Shown here: positions 38,654 to 48,013 of the stretch, piece after piece
Layout: each line of letters opens with the position of its first letter
Position numbering within the stretch: the first letter of the stretch is position 1
NCBI GenBank assembly: GCA_964346815.1
Contig: CAYFWF010000043.1
Span: forward strand, 2,850 to 66,849
DNA length: 64,000 bases
Origin: an uncultured Eubacteriales bacterium
GTDB lineage: Bacteria; Acidobacteriota; Aminicenantia; Aminicenantales; Aminicenantaceae
Direction of reading: 5' to 3'
Notes under the pieces: model-generated
What the model was told of the DNA's origin: nothing
Databases searched by the model: none
Seen by the model: only the letters and a program-made list of their open reading frames with translations
Translations under genes and position numbers: made by a program

Positions 38654-39657
38654 AGCTAAAAATTTCGACACTCTTCTTTTTCCTCATGATTTTGGTCACC
38701 CGTGCTTTTGGAGATATCACTGGATACCTTTCATCCAGTTTTTTGAAGAGCCAGGAAAAGGGAGAATATAACAGAGGAACGTTCACGAATCCGTTATTCG
38801 GGCTGAGTTTTTCGGGAGACGTCTCGCCCGATATAAATTATGAGGCCGAATTCAGGATTGTGGATGTCACACAGCTTGAAATCGATCAAGCATGGATTGG
38901 AGTGGGCCGTGCACAATCGTTTCAGCTCAAACTGGGTCTCTATCTGGTGCCTTTTGGAAGATACAACCGAATCAACAGGCCTCACCAAACATTCCTGATC
39001 CAATCCCCTCTCCACGTCGAATTTTGTTATCCCCATCGGTGGAGGGATATCGGTATCCTCGTCGAGGGAAGTTTCAGCGGCATTTTCTACTCAGGGTATC
39101 TCGGAAATGGGCTCAGAGAAGGTCAGGATTTGAGGGACGGTCAGCAATTCGAGGATAATAACAAGAATAAAGGAAAAGGGGGGAGGTTTGGATTATCGCT
39201 CGGACAGGGAGTCGAGGTGGCTTACTCCATCCACAGCAGTAAGTATGATGACCAGGACAGTCGGAATCTCGTCCTTCATGGAGTGGATTTGACCTGGATA
39301 ACTCAGGATTGGCAGGTATTCGGCGAATACACTCTTGGCAAAATTGACAATCCAGAGGGTTTTGTCCAGGGGGAGGCCGAAGGCTATTTTGTTTCGGTTT
39401 CGATCAATTTCGGGAACTTCATTCCTTTAGCGAGCTATCAGAAACTGAAGTATTCTGATCCCTACCATGGACCCGGTTTCCTGGAGGAGATGGAAACAGG
39501 AGAGGGGATTTCCATTGATAGGAGCCGGTGGGCTTTGGGTTTGATGTATATTCCCGTTCAAAATGTTTTTTTTAAGTTAGAATATGATTTCAACCGGGAA
39601 GAGGGGGAAGCACCAAAGGATGATCTTTGGGCCATACAAGTGGCGGTCAGTTTCTGA
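38650..39657 (+). CDS. putative outer-membrane beta-barrel protein
   Basis: 335 aa. Signal peptide, alternating amphipathic pattern and a C-terminal aromatic residue (…VAVSF). Confidence 0.45.
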   Translation: MKLKISTLFFFLMILVTRAFGDITGYLSSSFLKSQEKGEYNRGTFTNPLFGLSFSGDVSPDINYEAEFRIVDVTQLEIDQAWIGVGRAQSFQLKLGLYLVPFGRYNRINRPHQTFLIQSPLHVEFCYPHRWRDIGILVEGSFSGIFYSGYLGNGLREGQDLRDGQQFEDNNKNKGKGGRFGLSLGQGVEVAYSIHSSKYDDQDSRNLVLHGVDLTWITQDWQVFGEYTLGKIDNPEGFVQGEAEGYFVSVSINFGNFIPLASYQKLKYSDPYHGPGFLEEMETGEGISIDRSRWALGLMYIPVQNVFFKLEYDFNREEGEAPKDDLWAIQVAVSF

Positions 39658-39739
39658 ACTTGTTTCGCTTCTCGACTTTTGATAGAATTCCTGGTCCGCA
39701 GGCTGCATATAAAATCTGGTCGCTATCAAGAGGAGATTT

Positions 39740-41062
39740 ATGGCCAATATTGTTGTGTTAGGTACTCAATGGGGGGATGAAGGAAAAGGCAAGATCATTG
39801 ACCTAATTGCTCCGGCTTTCGATGTTGTCGCTCGGTTTCAAGGAGGTCATAATGCCGGACATACCGTTTATATAAACGGCAAAAAAATCGTACTTCATCT
39901 GATTCCCTCCGGGATTCTTCGCCGGGGCAAGCTTTGTATCATCGGAAATGGCGTCGTGATCAATCCGCAGGCATTTCTCGATGAGATCTCGGAGTTGAAA
40001 AAATTCGGGGTTGAGATAGATAAGAACATCGTAATGAGTGATAAGGCTCACCTCATTCTTCCCTATCATTCATCGGCGGAAAAGGTCAGCGAAAAGTCAA
40101 GAGGTGCAAAGAAAATAGGAACCACATCCAGGGGAATCGGCCCTTCTTATCAAGATAAGGCCGGCCGCCTGGGAATCAGGACTGGAGATCTCCTCGATCT
40201 CGATGTTCTTCGGGAAAAAATTGAACAGAATGTCACAGAAAAAAATATCTATTTGAGACATTATGGAGCCGAAATCTTTGATCCAGAGAAGATCTTTGAG
40301 GCTTATGCTGATTATGGACAGCATTTGAAAACATACCTGGCAGATGTTTCTCTTATACTGGATGACAAAATCAAGGAAGGAAGAACCGTACTTTTCGAGG
40401 GAGCACAGGGTACTCTTCTGGATGTCGATCATGGGACATATCCTTTCGTGACATCCTCCAATTCCACCATAGGCGGTGTTTGTACGGGACTGGGTATTGG
40501 CCCGAACAAAATTGATGCTGTATGGGGGGTATCCAAGGCCTACACGACTCGAGTCGGAGGAGGCCCATTCCCAACAGAAATTGCAGATGATACGGGACGG
40601 TTGCTCCTGGAGAGAGGCAATGAATTCGGAGCGACAACGGGGAGGCCTCGGAGATGCGGATGGTTGGATGCTGTGGCTGTAGCCTTCTCTTGTCGGATCA
40701 ATGGGATTAGTCATATGATCTTGACAAAGCCGGATGTGTTGGATGGATTGGAAGAGATAAAGGTATGTGTCGAGTACAGATATAAGGGGGATCGTTTACG
40801 AAGTTTCCCTTCAGAGAGCTGGATTTTGGACAAGGTTGAGCCCCGCTACAAAAAAATCCGAGGCTGGAAGAAACCTGTCCATGGCATCCGAGATTATTCA
40901 AAACTCCCTCAGGCTTTTAAGGATTATGTGAAATTTATCGAGGACTTCATCCAGGCCAAAATCTCGCTCATTTCCACAGGGATGGAGAGGAAAGATTCTG
41001 TTTTAATCGAAGAAGACCTGAAACATGCGATGAATCTTGAAAAAATAAGAGCTGAGCTTTGA
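39740..41062 (+). CDS. purA: adenylosuccinate synthetase
   Basis: N-terminal QWGDEGKGK and GGHNAGHTV motifs. 440 aa. Confidence 0.95.
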   Translation: MANIVVLGTQWGDEGKGKIIDLIAPAFDVVARFQGGHNAGHTVYINGKKIVLHLIPSGILRRGKLCIIGNGVVINPQAFLDEISELKKFGVEIDKNIVMSDKAHLILPYHSSAEKVSEKSRGAKKIGTTSRGIGPSYQDKAGRLGIRTGDLLDLDVLREKIEQNVTEKNIYLRHYGAEIFDPEKIFEAYADYGQHLKTYLADVSLILDDKIKEGRTVLFEGAQGTLLDVDHGTYPFVTSSNSTIGGVCTGLGIGPNKIDAVWGVSKAYTTRVGGGPFPTEIADDTGRLLLERGNEFGATTGRPRRCGWLDAVAVAFSCRINGISHMILTKPDVLDGLEEIKVCVEYRYKGDRLRSFPSESWILDKVEPRYKKIRGWKKPVHGIRDYSKLPQAFKDYVKFIEDFIQAKISLISTGMERKDSVLIEEDLKHAMNLEKIRAEL

Positions 41063-41075
41063 CCATCCTTTTGGC

Positions 41076-42221
41076 ATGAAAAAGAGATTTTTACAGTGGG
41101 TTGAGATTGATCGGGAAGCCATCAGACACAACCTCAGTGAATTTCGACGCCTGATCGGAAAAAGGAGGTTGTTGTTAGCCACCGTGAAAGCCAATGCCTA
41201 TGGACACGGACTCGAAAAAGTCTCAGCAGCTGCTCTAGAGTCTGGTGCGGATTGGCTTGGTGTCCATTCTCTCGAGGAAGGGATACAGCTTCGCCGGTCG
41301 GGGCTCGATTGCCCAATTCTTGTACTGGGCTATGTTCCTCTCGATGACCTGGAGAGCGCAGTCAAGCACGACCTGAGACTCACGGTGTATCAAATAAAAA
41401 CAGTACAACGGTTGGCCCACATCGAACCAGCCCAAGGAAAGGAAATACCTCTTCACGTCAAGATAGAAACTGGAACTCACCGCCAGGGGATTCGAAGGGA
41501 GGACGTCCTTTCCTTTATAAAGGAAGTCAACTCATATCCTACTCTTAAAGTGGAAGGAGTTTCTTCGCATTTTGCCAATATAGAAGATACGACAGACCAT
41601 TCTTATGCCCGTTACCAGCTCGATAATTTCCAGGAAGTCTGCAATCTCCTTGAAAAAGAAGGATTCGTGATTCCGATCAAACACATCGCTTGTACTGCCG
41701 CAGTGATTCTTTTCCCGGAAACGTTTTTTGATATGGTGCGTGTGGGCATTGGTATGTACGGACTCTGGCCATCCAAAGAGACTTATGTGTCTTGTTTGCT
41801 TCAGAACAGAGAACCCCTGCATCTCAAGCCGGTTCTTTCTTGGAAAACCAGAATCGCTCAACTTAAAAAAGTCCCAAAAGGTGGATATATTGGATACGGC
41901 TGTACATATAGAACCACCAGAGAGACATGGCTGGGAGTGCTTCCCGTGGGCTATTACGATGGTTACTCTCGAGCCTTTTCTAATGTTTCACATGTTCTCA
42001 TCCGGGGACAAAGAGCCCCGGTTCGAGGAAGGGTTGCGATGGATTTCACAATGGTCGATGTGACAGATATTACCAGTGTGGAAGAGGAGGATGAAGCCGT
42101 ACTTCTAGGAAGAAGTGGAGAGGAGAGAATCACAGCCGATACGCTGGCTTTCTTGGTGGGGACCATCAATTATGAAATAGTCACACGTATCAATCCTTTG
42201 ATTCCTCGAATAATTTTGTAG
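41076..42221 (+). CDS. alr: alanine racemase
   Basis: PLP-binding motif VKANAYGHG. 381 aa. Confidence 0.9.
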   Translation: MKKRFLQWVEIDREAIRHNLSEFRRLIGKRRLLLATVKANAYGHGLEKVSAAALESGADWLGVHSLEEGIQLRRSGLDCPILVLGYVPLDDLESAVKHDLRLTVYQIKTVQRLAHIEPAQGKEIPLHVKIETGTHRQGIRREDVLSFIKEVNSYPTLKVEGVSSHFANIEDTTDHSYARYQLDNFQEVCNLLEKEGFVIPIKHIACTAAVILFPETFFDMVRVGIGMYGLWPSKETYVSCLLQNREPLHLKPVLSWKTRIAQLKKVPKGGYIGYGCTYRTTRETWLGVLPVGYYDGYSRAFSNVSHVLIRGQRAPVRGRVAMDFTMVDVTDITSVEEEDEAVLLGRSGEERITADTLAFLVGTINYEIVTRINPLIPRIIL

Positions 42222-42377
42222 CGATCCTAGGAATGTCTTTCATCTACAGGAAGAAAAGGAAGAAAAGGCGTGGATTCATCTCTCCCCGAAAAGGGGAGGC
42301 AGGAAGCTTGGACATATTTTGGTCGGCCGTGAACGCAAGCTTTGCCGGCAGGTATGCGAAGCGGTTCCCTCCTCATG

Positions 42378-42406
42378 TTGACTTGAGATTCTATTGGTGA
42401 TAAAAA
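42378..42406 (+). promoter_or_regulatory. putative sigma70 promoter TTGACT-N17-TAAAAA(T) for the Lys-rich Dx-like gene
   Basis: Hexamers read directly about 40 nt upstream of a GGAGGTGA RBS and the ATG at 42447. Confidence 0.35.
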
Positions 42407-42446
42407 TATCAGGGAATGAAAGTCCGTCTTGAATGGGAGGTGACGA

Positions 42447-42755
42447 ATGCCGGTAAAAAAAACGACAAAAAAAGAGGTGAAAAAAACGGCCAAAAAAACT
42501 GCGAAGAAAGCCACTAAAACTGAGGCCAGGCCAAAAAAGGGCAAAAAGATCAAAAAAGGACAAACCTATGAATGCGGCCTCTGTGGATTTCGCTTCATGG
42601 TCGATGATTGTGGAGGAGTAGAGGAACACTATTTCATCTGCTGCTCTGAACCGATGAAACAGAAAAGAGCCAAAAAGGGATCCAAAAAAACAGAGAAAAA
42701 AACTGCAAAAAAGGCACCCAAGAGGACGGCAAAAAAAACCACAAAGAAGAAATAG
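42447..42755 (+). CDS. Lys-rich small protein with desulforedoxin-like Cys4 core and histone-H1-like KKTAKK tails
   Basis: 102 aa. Core TYECGLCGFRFMVDDCGGVEEHYFICCSEPM parallels the Dx pattern CxLCG...CC..M. The flanks are about 35 aa each of K/A/T repeats. It has its own RBS and promoter. Confidence 0.6.
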   Translation: MPVKKTTKKEVKKTAKKTAKKATKTEARPKKGKKIKKGQTYECGLCGFRFMVDDCGGVEEHYFICCSEPMKQKRAKKGSKKTEKKTAKKAPKRTAKKTTKKK

Positions 42756-42965
42756 TCTTTCACCTTAAATCAGGTATGTATCATAATCGGCAGGGGGGAA
42801 CTTTCCTTTTTATTCCTCTTTATTCCTCTGCCGGATTCGATAGAAATTCCTCGATTCTCTACCTGGTGGGATAGCGGAGCTGGACAGAGAATAGAAAGGC
42901 CTTTGTTGCCCGAGCTTTCAGGGGCAAAACGCTCAATCGGCAAAGTATTATTTTTCCGCTATGTT

Positions 42966-42974
42966 TGGTATAAT
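42966..42974 (+). promoter_or_regulatory. extended -10 element (TGgTATAAT) upstream of korA
   Basis: Read directly, about 50 nt upstream of the korA ATG at 43026. No convincing -35 hexamer found. Confidence 0.3.
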
Positions 42975-43025
42975 TTATTGTCTTTAGATTCAAGAAATGA
43001 ATAACTGGAATTGTTGAGAGACAAA

Positions 43026-44771
43026 ATGAGAACCGATATTTCCGTTATGATCGCAGGTAAGGCAGGTGATGGTGTGCTGTTTACGGGGAATGTTCTCGCA
43101 AAGATATTGAAAAAACAGGGATGGGAGATTGTAACCTACAGAAATTTCCCTTCCAACATAAGAGGCGAGGCCACGAACTACACCATAAGGGCGAGCCAGA
43201 AAAAAATTCATGGGAGCGCAGATGAAATTGATGTGCTGATGGCTTTTGATTGTGATTCCATCTTAGAGCACATTGAGACTCTTGCTGAAGGGGGAGTGGT
43301 ATTGTGCGAAGGAAAAGAATTGTACCGGCTTAAGCCTGCACAAAGAGCGGGGAGAACATTCCACACTTTTCCGATGAGGGATTTGGCCCGAGAGAAATTG
43401 GGGCATGAGATTTTCAAAAATATGATTCTTTTAGGAGGATTATGCTACATCCTCGATCTTGATTTTCAGATCCTCACAGAGACCATCTCCGATACCTTCC
43501 TTGAAAAGAAGGGAAAGGATGTTGTAAGGAAGAATGTTCAGGCTATTCACCTCGGCTGCGAAGAGGCAAAAAAGATTGTGTTGGAGAAAGAAAGACACAG
43601 GCTGAAGAGCAAGAAGGATTTGAAAAGATTGCTTATTTCTGGTGACGAGGCCATTGCTTTCGGGGCGCTGGTTGCTGGATGCCGTTTTTTTGCTGCTTAT
43701 CCTATCTGTCCAGCCACTGAGATCTGGCAGTGGTTAACACTCCATTTCCCTCGCTATAAAGGTCTTGTCGTTCAGACAGAAGATGAGTTAGCAGCCATAA
43801 ACATGGCTTTGGGAGCTTCCTATGCGGGAATGAGGGCGATGACATCTACTTCCGGTCCCGGAGCTTCCTTAATGATGGAAGGGTTTAGCCTTGCTGGCAT
43901 GGCCGAAATCCCGATTGTCGTCGTTCATGTCCAGAGAGTTGGTCCGAGCACCGGATTGCCGACTAAGTCTGAACAAGCAGAGCTGACCCAGTGGATTCAC
44001 GGCGCTCATGGGGATTTCCCCCGAATTATCCTTTCTCCCGGGACGGTTAGAGAATGTTACGAATTTACTATCAGGGCATTCCACCTTGCCGATAAATACC
44101 AGTGTCCGGTGGTCCTTCTCACCGAGCAGGATTATGGGCAAAATTACAGGACGGTAAAAAGTTTTGGTTTTTCGGAGATTCCTATAGACAGGGGTAAAAT
44201 GCTGAGCCAGAAAGAGCTTCTCGGTATAGAGGATTATCGCCGCTACAAGTTCGTCCGTGACGGCATCTCCCCAAGAGTCCTCCCATCGATGAGAAATGGG
44301 ATTCATATGGTTGAGAGCAACGAGCATGATGAAAGAGGCTATCGAGATGAATCCACCCAAAACAGAAAGAGGATGATGGAGAAAAGGATGAAGAAGCTCA
44401 TATCAGCACGGAAGGATCTCATCCATTCCAGAGTTAGGGGAAACAAAACGGCTGATATCGGTCTAATAGGCTGCGGCTCAACACTAGGCCCTATCCGAGA
44501 AGCCATGGATCAACTTCTCGATGCTGGGATAGAGGCCAAATTCATGCAGATCCGTACTCTCTGGCCCTTTTTCAGAACAGAAGTTGAAAATTTCATCGAC
44601 AGTTGTGAGCGGATTTTTGTGGTGGATAATAATTTTGAGGCACAGTTAGCCCATCTCATACAGAGTCAAGTGAAGAATAAGAATGAAATAGAGAATATAT
44701 TGAAATACTCAGGAGAGACATTCCGTCCGCGCGATATTTCAGATTTTATCAAAGAGGCTTTGAAGCGATGA
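43026..44771 (+). CDS. korA: 2-oxoacid:ferredoxin oxidoreductase alpha subunit (fused gamma+alpha domains, two-subunit OFOR type)
   Basis: The N-terminal gamma-like domain (GKAGDGVLFTGNVLA) is fused to the alpha domain. The ATG at 43026 is preferred over the TTG at 43011. ATGA coupling to the beta subunit. Confidence 0.85.
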   Translation: MRTDISVMIAGKAGDGVLFTGNVLAKILKKQGWEIVTYRNFPSNIRGEATNYTIRASQKKIHGSADEIDVLMAFDCDSILEHIETLAEGGVVLCEGKELYRLKPAQRAGRTFHTFPMRDLAREKLGHEIFKNMILLGGLCYILDLDFQILTETISDTFLEKKGKDVVRKNVQAIHLGCEEAKKIVLEKERHRLKSKKDLKRLLISGDEAIAFGALVAGCRFFAAYPICPATEIWQWLTLHFPRYKGLVVQTEDELAAINMALGASYAGMRAMTSTSGPGASLMMEGFSLAGMAEIPIVVVHVQRVGPSTGLPTKSEQAELTQWIHGAHGDFPRIILSPGTVRECYEFTIRAFHLADKYQCPVVLLTEQDYGQNYRTVKSFGFSEIPIDRGKMLSQKELLGIEDYRRYKFVRDGISPRVLPSMRNGIHMVESNEHDERGYRDESTQNRKRMMEKRMKKLISARKDLIHSRVRGNKTADIGLIGCGSTLGPIREAMDQLLDAGIEAKFMQIRTLWPFFRTEVENFIDSCERIFVVDNNFEAQLAHLIQSQVKNKNEIENILKYSGETFRPRDISDFIKEALKR

Positions 44772-45622
44772 AGGCAAAGGATTATCATCTTCATGATCCC
44801 ACATGGTGTCTTGGATGTGGTATCTACGGGTTGTTTTCCAGCCTCAAAGCGGCCGCTGCCTCACTGCAATTGAAGCCAGAAGAGACCGTGATTGTCACTG
44901 GGATTGGCTGTCATGGGAGATTGAACAACTATTTCAAGGCCTACGGCTTTCACAGTCTGCATGGGAGGGCATTGCCGGTGGCTACAGGGGTGAAACTCGC
45001 CAATGTCCAGCTTTCTGTGATCACAGTGAGTGGAGATGGAGATGCCTATTCCATTGGCCTCAACCATTTTATTCACGCGGTGAGAAGAAATGCGGATTTA
45101 ACCTACATAGTTATCAACAATATGATTTATGCCCTCACTCAGGGTCAAACATCGCCTACGAGTCCATTGGGCTTCGTCTCCGGTTCCACACCACAGGGTT
45201 CAAAAGAAGTTCCTCTTGATGGACCGCGGATGGCCTTTGTATCGGGAGGGACTTTTATTGCCAGAGGATTTTCTGGCTCCCCTAAGCAGCTCAGCGGTCT
45301 TATCGAACAGGGGATCCGGCATAAAGGATTTTCTCTTATCGACGTTCTGAGTCCCTGCGTAACCCACAACAAGGTCAACACGTACGATTGGTACAAAAAA
45401 AACACCTATGATATCAGCCAAAGACAAGGATATGATTCAGGAAACAGGGACTCGGCCTGGGAAGTTCTCAAAGATGAGGAAAGGATGGCTTTGGGGCTTC
45501 TCTTTAAAGACGCGAGGGCTTCTTATGAGGAGCTTGTGCTTCCCGATAAGAGACCTTTGTTTCAGAGCCGAATGACCATCGACCGGAAGGAATGGGAAAG
45601 AATTTTGGAAAAATTTGAATGA
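44768..45622 (+). CDS. korB: 2-oxoacid:ferredoxin oxidoreductase beta subunit (TPP-binding)
   Basis: WCLGCG...GIGCHGR and TPP-binding GDGD motifs. 284 aa. Confidence 0.85.
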   Translation: MKAKDYHLHDPTWCLGCGIYGLFSSLKAAAASLQLKPEETVIVTGIGCHGRLNNYFKAYGFHSLHGRALPVATGVKLANVQLSVITVSGDGDAYSIGLNHFIHAVRRNADLTYIVINNMIYALTQGQTSPTSPLGFVSGSTPQGSKEVPLDGPRMAFVSGGTFIARGFSGSPKQLSGLIEQGIRHKGFSLIDVLSPCVTHNKVNTYDWYKKNTYDISQRQGYDSGNRDSAWEVLKDEERMALGLLFKDARASYEELVLPDKRPLFQSRMTIDRKEWERILEKFE

Positions 45623-45646
45623 AAAGATGATCAAACAATTCACGTA

Positions 45647-45886
45647 ATGAAAAAGGAGGAATATACAATGAAACAAAAAGTAGAGAAAGTATTGGATAAG
45701 ATCCGCCCTTCACTCATGGCCGACGGAGGGAATGTCGAACTCGTAGATGTCGAAGATGGAAAGGTAAAAGTCCGGCTGACAGGAGCCTGTGGAGGCTGTC
45801 CGATGTCTCAGATGACTCTTAAGATGGGGATCGAAAGGCTTCTCAAGCAAGAAATCCCTGAGATCAAAGAGGTTATCGCAGTATAA
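45647..45886 (+). CDS. NifU C-terminal domain (Nfu-type) Fe-S cluster carrier protein
   Basis: [18 protein letters not shown] motif. Alternative start at 45668 (MKQKVEKVL). Confidence 0.8.
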   Translation: MKKEEYTMKQKVEKVLDKIRPSLMADGGNVELVDVEDGKVKVRLTGACGGCPMSQMTLKMGIERLLKQEIPEIKEVIAV

Positions 45887-45936
45887 TGGAAAGAACATGA
45901 ACTGTATGCCAGATTAAAGAAAGAAAAAGAAAGAAA

Positions 45937-47118
45937 ATGAAAAGGATTTATCTGGATCATATCGCAGGCACTCCTTTGCATCCCACTGTGTTGAATGCCA
46001 TGCTTCCTTATTTAAAGGAGAAATTCGGAAATCCGCAGAGCCTTCACTCATTGGGTCAGGAAGCGCTGCAGGCCATCGAGGAGTCGCGGGAAAAAGTCGC
46101 TCATCTGATCAATGCCAAACCTTCCGAGATTATCTTCACCTCAAGCGGCTCCGAGGCGAATAATTTTGCCTTAAAAGGACTCGCTCTGGCCCATCAGGGG
46201 CGCGGAAAACATATCATTCTCTCCTTGATAGAGCATCAATCTGTCTTGCATTCGGCAAAGAACCTGGAGAAATTCGGGTTTCATTTCACTCATATTCCTG
46301 TCGATAAATACGGAAGGGTGGATCCGAAGGATGTCGATAAAGCCATCACCGGTGAAACCATTCTTGTGGCCATCATGTTCGCCAACGGGGAAGTCGGAAC
46401 CATAGAGCCCGTCGGGGAGATAGCCGGCATCTGCCATGAGAAAGATGTCCTTTTTTTTACCGATGCCGTCGATGCCGTCGGAAACATTTCAGTGGACGTC
46501 AATACCCTCGATATAGATGTGTTAAGCTTGGCGGGGGATCAATTCTACGGGCCCAAGGGAAGCGCTGCCTTGTATTTGAAAAAGGGTATCAGAATCCTCC
46601 CCTTTATCGATGGAGGCATCCAGGAGAATGGAAGGCGAGCAGGAACCGAAAACGTGCCCGCCATCGTTGGTTTAGGAACAGCAGCGGAACTCGCTTTGGA
46701 AAAGATGGAATCTCGGGAGAAGAAGTTGAAAACACTGAGGGATAAGTTGATTGGGAAGCTTCCCCAAGAGGTGGAGCATGTGTTTGTCACCGGACATCCC
46801 GAAGAACGTCTTCCCCACCACTGTAGTTTTTGTGTTGAATTTGTGGAGGGAGAAGCCATGCTTTTGAACCTGGATATGCAGGGCATCTCGGCCTCAAGCG
46901 GATCAGCCTGCACATCACGAGCCCTGAAGGCATCCCATGTTCTTTTGGCCATGGGAATAGATCATGCGCGTGCTCAAGGTTCTTTGGTGTTCAGCCTTAT
47001 AGAGGAGACAACCTCAGGAGACATCGATTATCTTTTAGAGGTTTTCCCTCCTATAATAGAGAGACTCAGAAAAATGTCTCCACTTTATACCCAATATCTC
47101 GAGGAGAAAAAGAAATGA
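45937..47118 (+). CDS. cysteine desulfurase (NifS/IscS group I)
   Basis: 393 aa. PLP-dependent class V aminotransferase fold and SSGSACTS active-site loop. Confidence 0.9.
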   Translation: MKRIYLDHIAGTPLHPTVLNAMLPYLKEKFGNPQSLHSLGQEALQAIEESREKVAHLINAKPSEIIFTSSGSEANNFALKGLALAHQGRGKHIILSLIEHQSVLHSAKNLEKFGFHFTHIPVDKYGRVDPKDVDKAITGETILVAIMFANGEVGTIEPVGEIAGICHEKDVLFFTDAVDAVGNISVDVNTLDIDVLSLAGDQFYGPKGSAALYLKKGIRILPFIDGGIQENGRRAGTENVPAIVGLGTAAELALEKMESREKKLKTLRDKLIGKLPQEVEHVFVTGHPEERLPHHCSFCVEFVEGEAMLLNLDMQGISASSGSACTSRALKASHVLLAMGIDHARAQGSLVFSLIEETTSGDIDYLLEVFPPIIERLRKMSPLYTQYLEEKKK

Positions 47119-47681
47119 TTTATAGCGAAAAAGTCATGGATCATTTCCAGAATCCCCGCAATGTCGGAACGATAGAAGATGCAGATGGAGTGGGCCAGGT
47201 CGGAAATCCGGTTTGTGGCGATATGATGACCTTCTACATAAAGGTCAAGGATAATCGTATCGAGGATGTGAAATTCCAGACATTCGGCTGTGGAGCTGCC
47301 ATTGCTGTCTCCAGTATGGTCAGCGAAATGGCCATCGGAAAAACGATCGAAGAGGCCCTGAAAATCACGAACAAAAGCGTAGCAGAGGAACTCGGCGGTC
47401 TTCCCAAAAACAAATTGCATTGTTCCAATCTTGGAGCTGATGCCCTTCATAAGGCGATCGAAAACTACCAAGAAAAGCAGAGAGCCGAAGAGAATCTTCC
47501 AAAAGAATTGAAGGATGATAATTCGTGTTTCTGTCCTTACTGCGAGGGACCTATTGAAGGCATGGAGGATTACTGTGAGGTGTGTAAAGTAGAATTGGTA
47601 GATTGTCCTGAGTGCAGCATGCCGATGAACAAAAAAGCAGACAAGTGTCCTCACTGTGGAGCGACAAAAGTCAGGGTCTAG
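47115..47681 (+). CDS. Fe-S cluster scaffold IscU/NifU N-domain with C-terminal Cys-rich (double zinc-ribbon-like) extension
   Basis: IscU motifs NPVCGDMMTF...GCGAAIA...LHCS, then about 55 aa containing four CxxC pairs. Confidence 0.85.
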   Translation: MIYSEKVMDHFQNPRNVGTIEDADGVGQVGNPVCGDMMTFYIKVKDNRIEDVKFQTFGCGAAIAVSSMVSEMAIGKTIEEALKITNKSVAEELGGLPKNKLHCSNLGADALHKAIENYQEKQRAEENLPKELKDDNSCFCPYCEGPIEGMEDYCEVCKVELVDCPECSMPMNKKADKCPHCGATKVRV

Positions 47682-47709
47682 GGATTTCGCAGAAGAGAAG
47701 ACCGGAAAA

Positions 47710-47943
47710 ATGAGGGCCGATCGAACCTTAGATTGTTATGGATTGCTGTGTCCTGTGCCGATCATACAGACAGCGAAAGCGATTAAGGAAATGAACAAAG
47801 GAGAAGTGCTGGAGGTTGTCTCCACAGATAAAGGGATCAAGGAAGATATGCCGGCTTGGTGCAGACAGACTGGCCAAAAATTTTTGGGGGTGGAAGAGCA
47901 TGGGGATGTGTTCAAGGCCTATGTCAAGAAAATCAAAGACTAG
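47710..47943 (+). CDS. TusA-like sulfurtransferase
   Basis: Start at MRADRTLDCYGLLCPVP, the TusA motif LDxxGLxCPxP. 77 aa. Confidence 0.75.
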   Translation: MRADRTLDCYGLLCPVPIIQTAKAIKEMNKGEVLEVVSTDKGIKEDMPAWCRQTGQKFLGVEEHGDVFKAYVKKIKD

Positions 47944-48013
47944 AGGATTGAGTTGTGGCACATAGCTGAAAAAAATAGAGTGACAAAAACAAAAACATAT
48001 TCAGGGAAGGAAA

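Noticed and set aside
42227-42629. Two minus-strand ORFs (108 and 117 aa) across the promoter and 5' end of the Lys-rich gene
   Set aside because: They are antisense artefacts. Their F/L-rich translations come from the reverse complement of the AAA/AAG-rich Lys codons. The + strand gene has a promoter, an RBS and a recognisable core.
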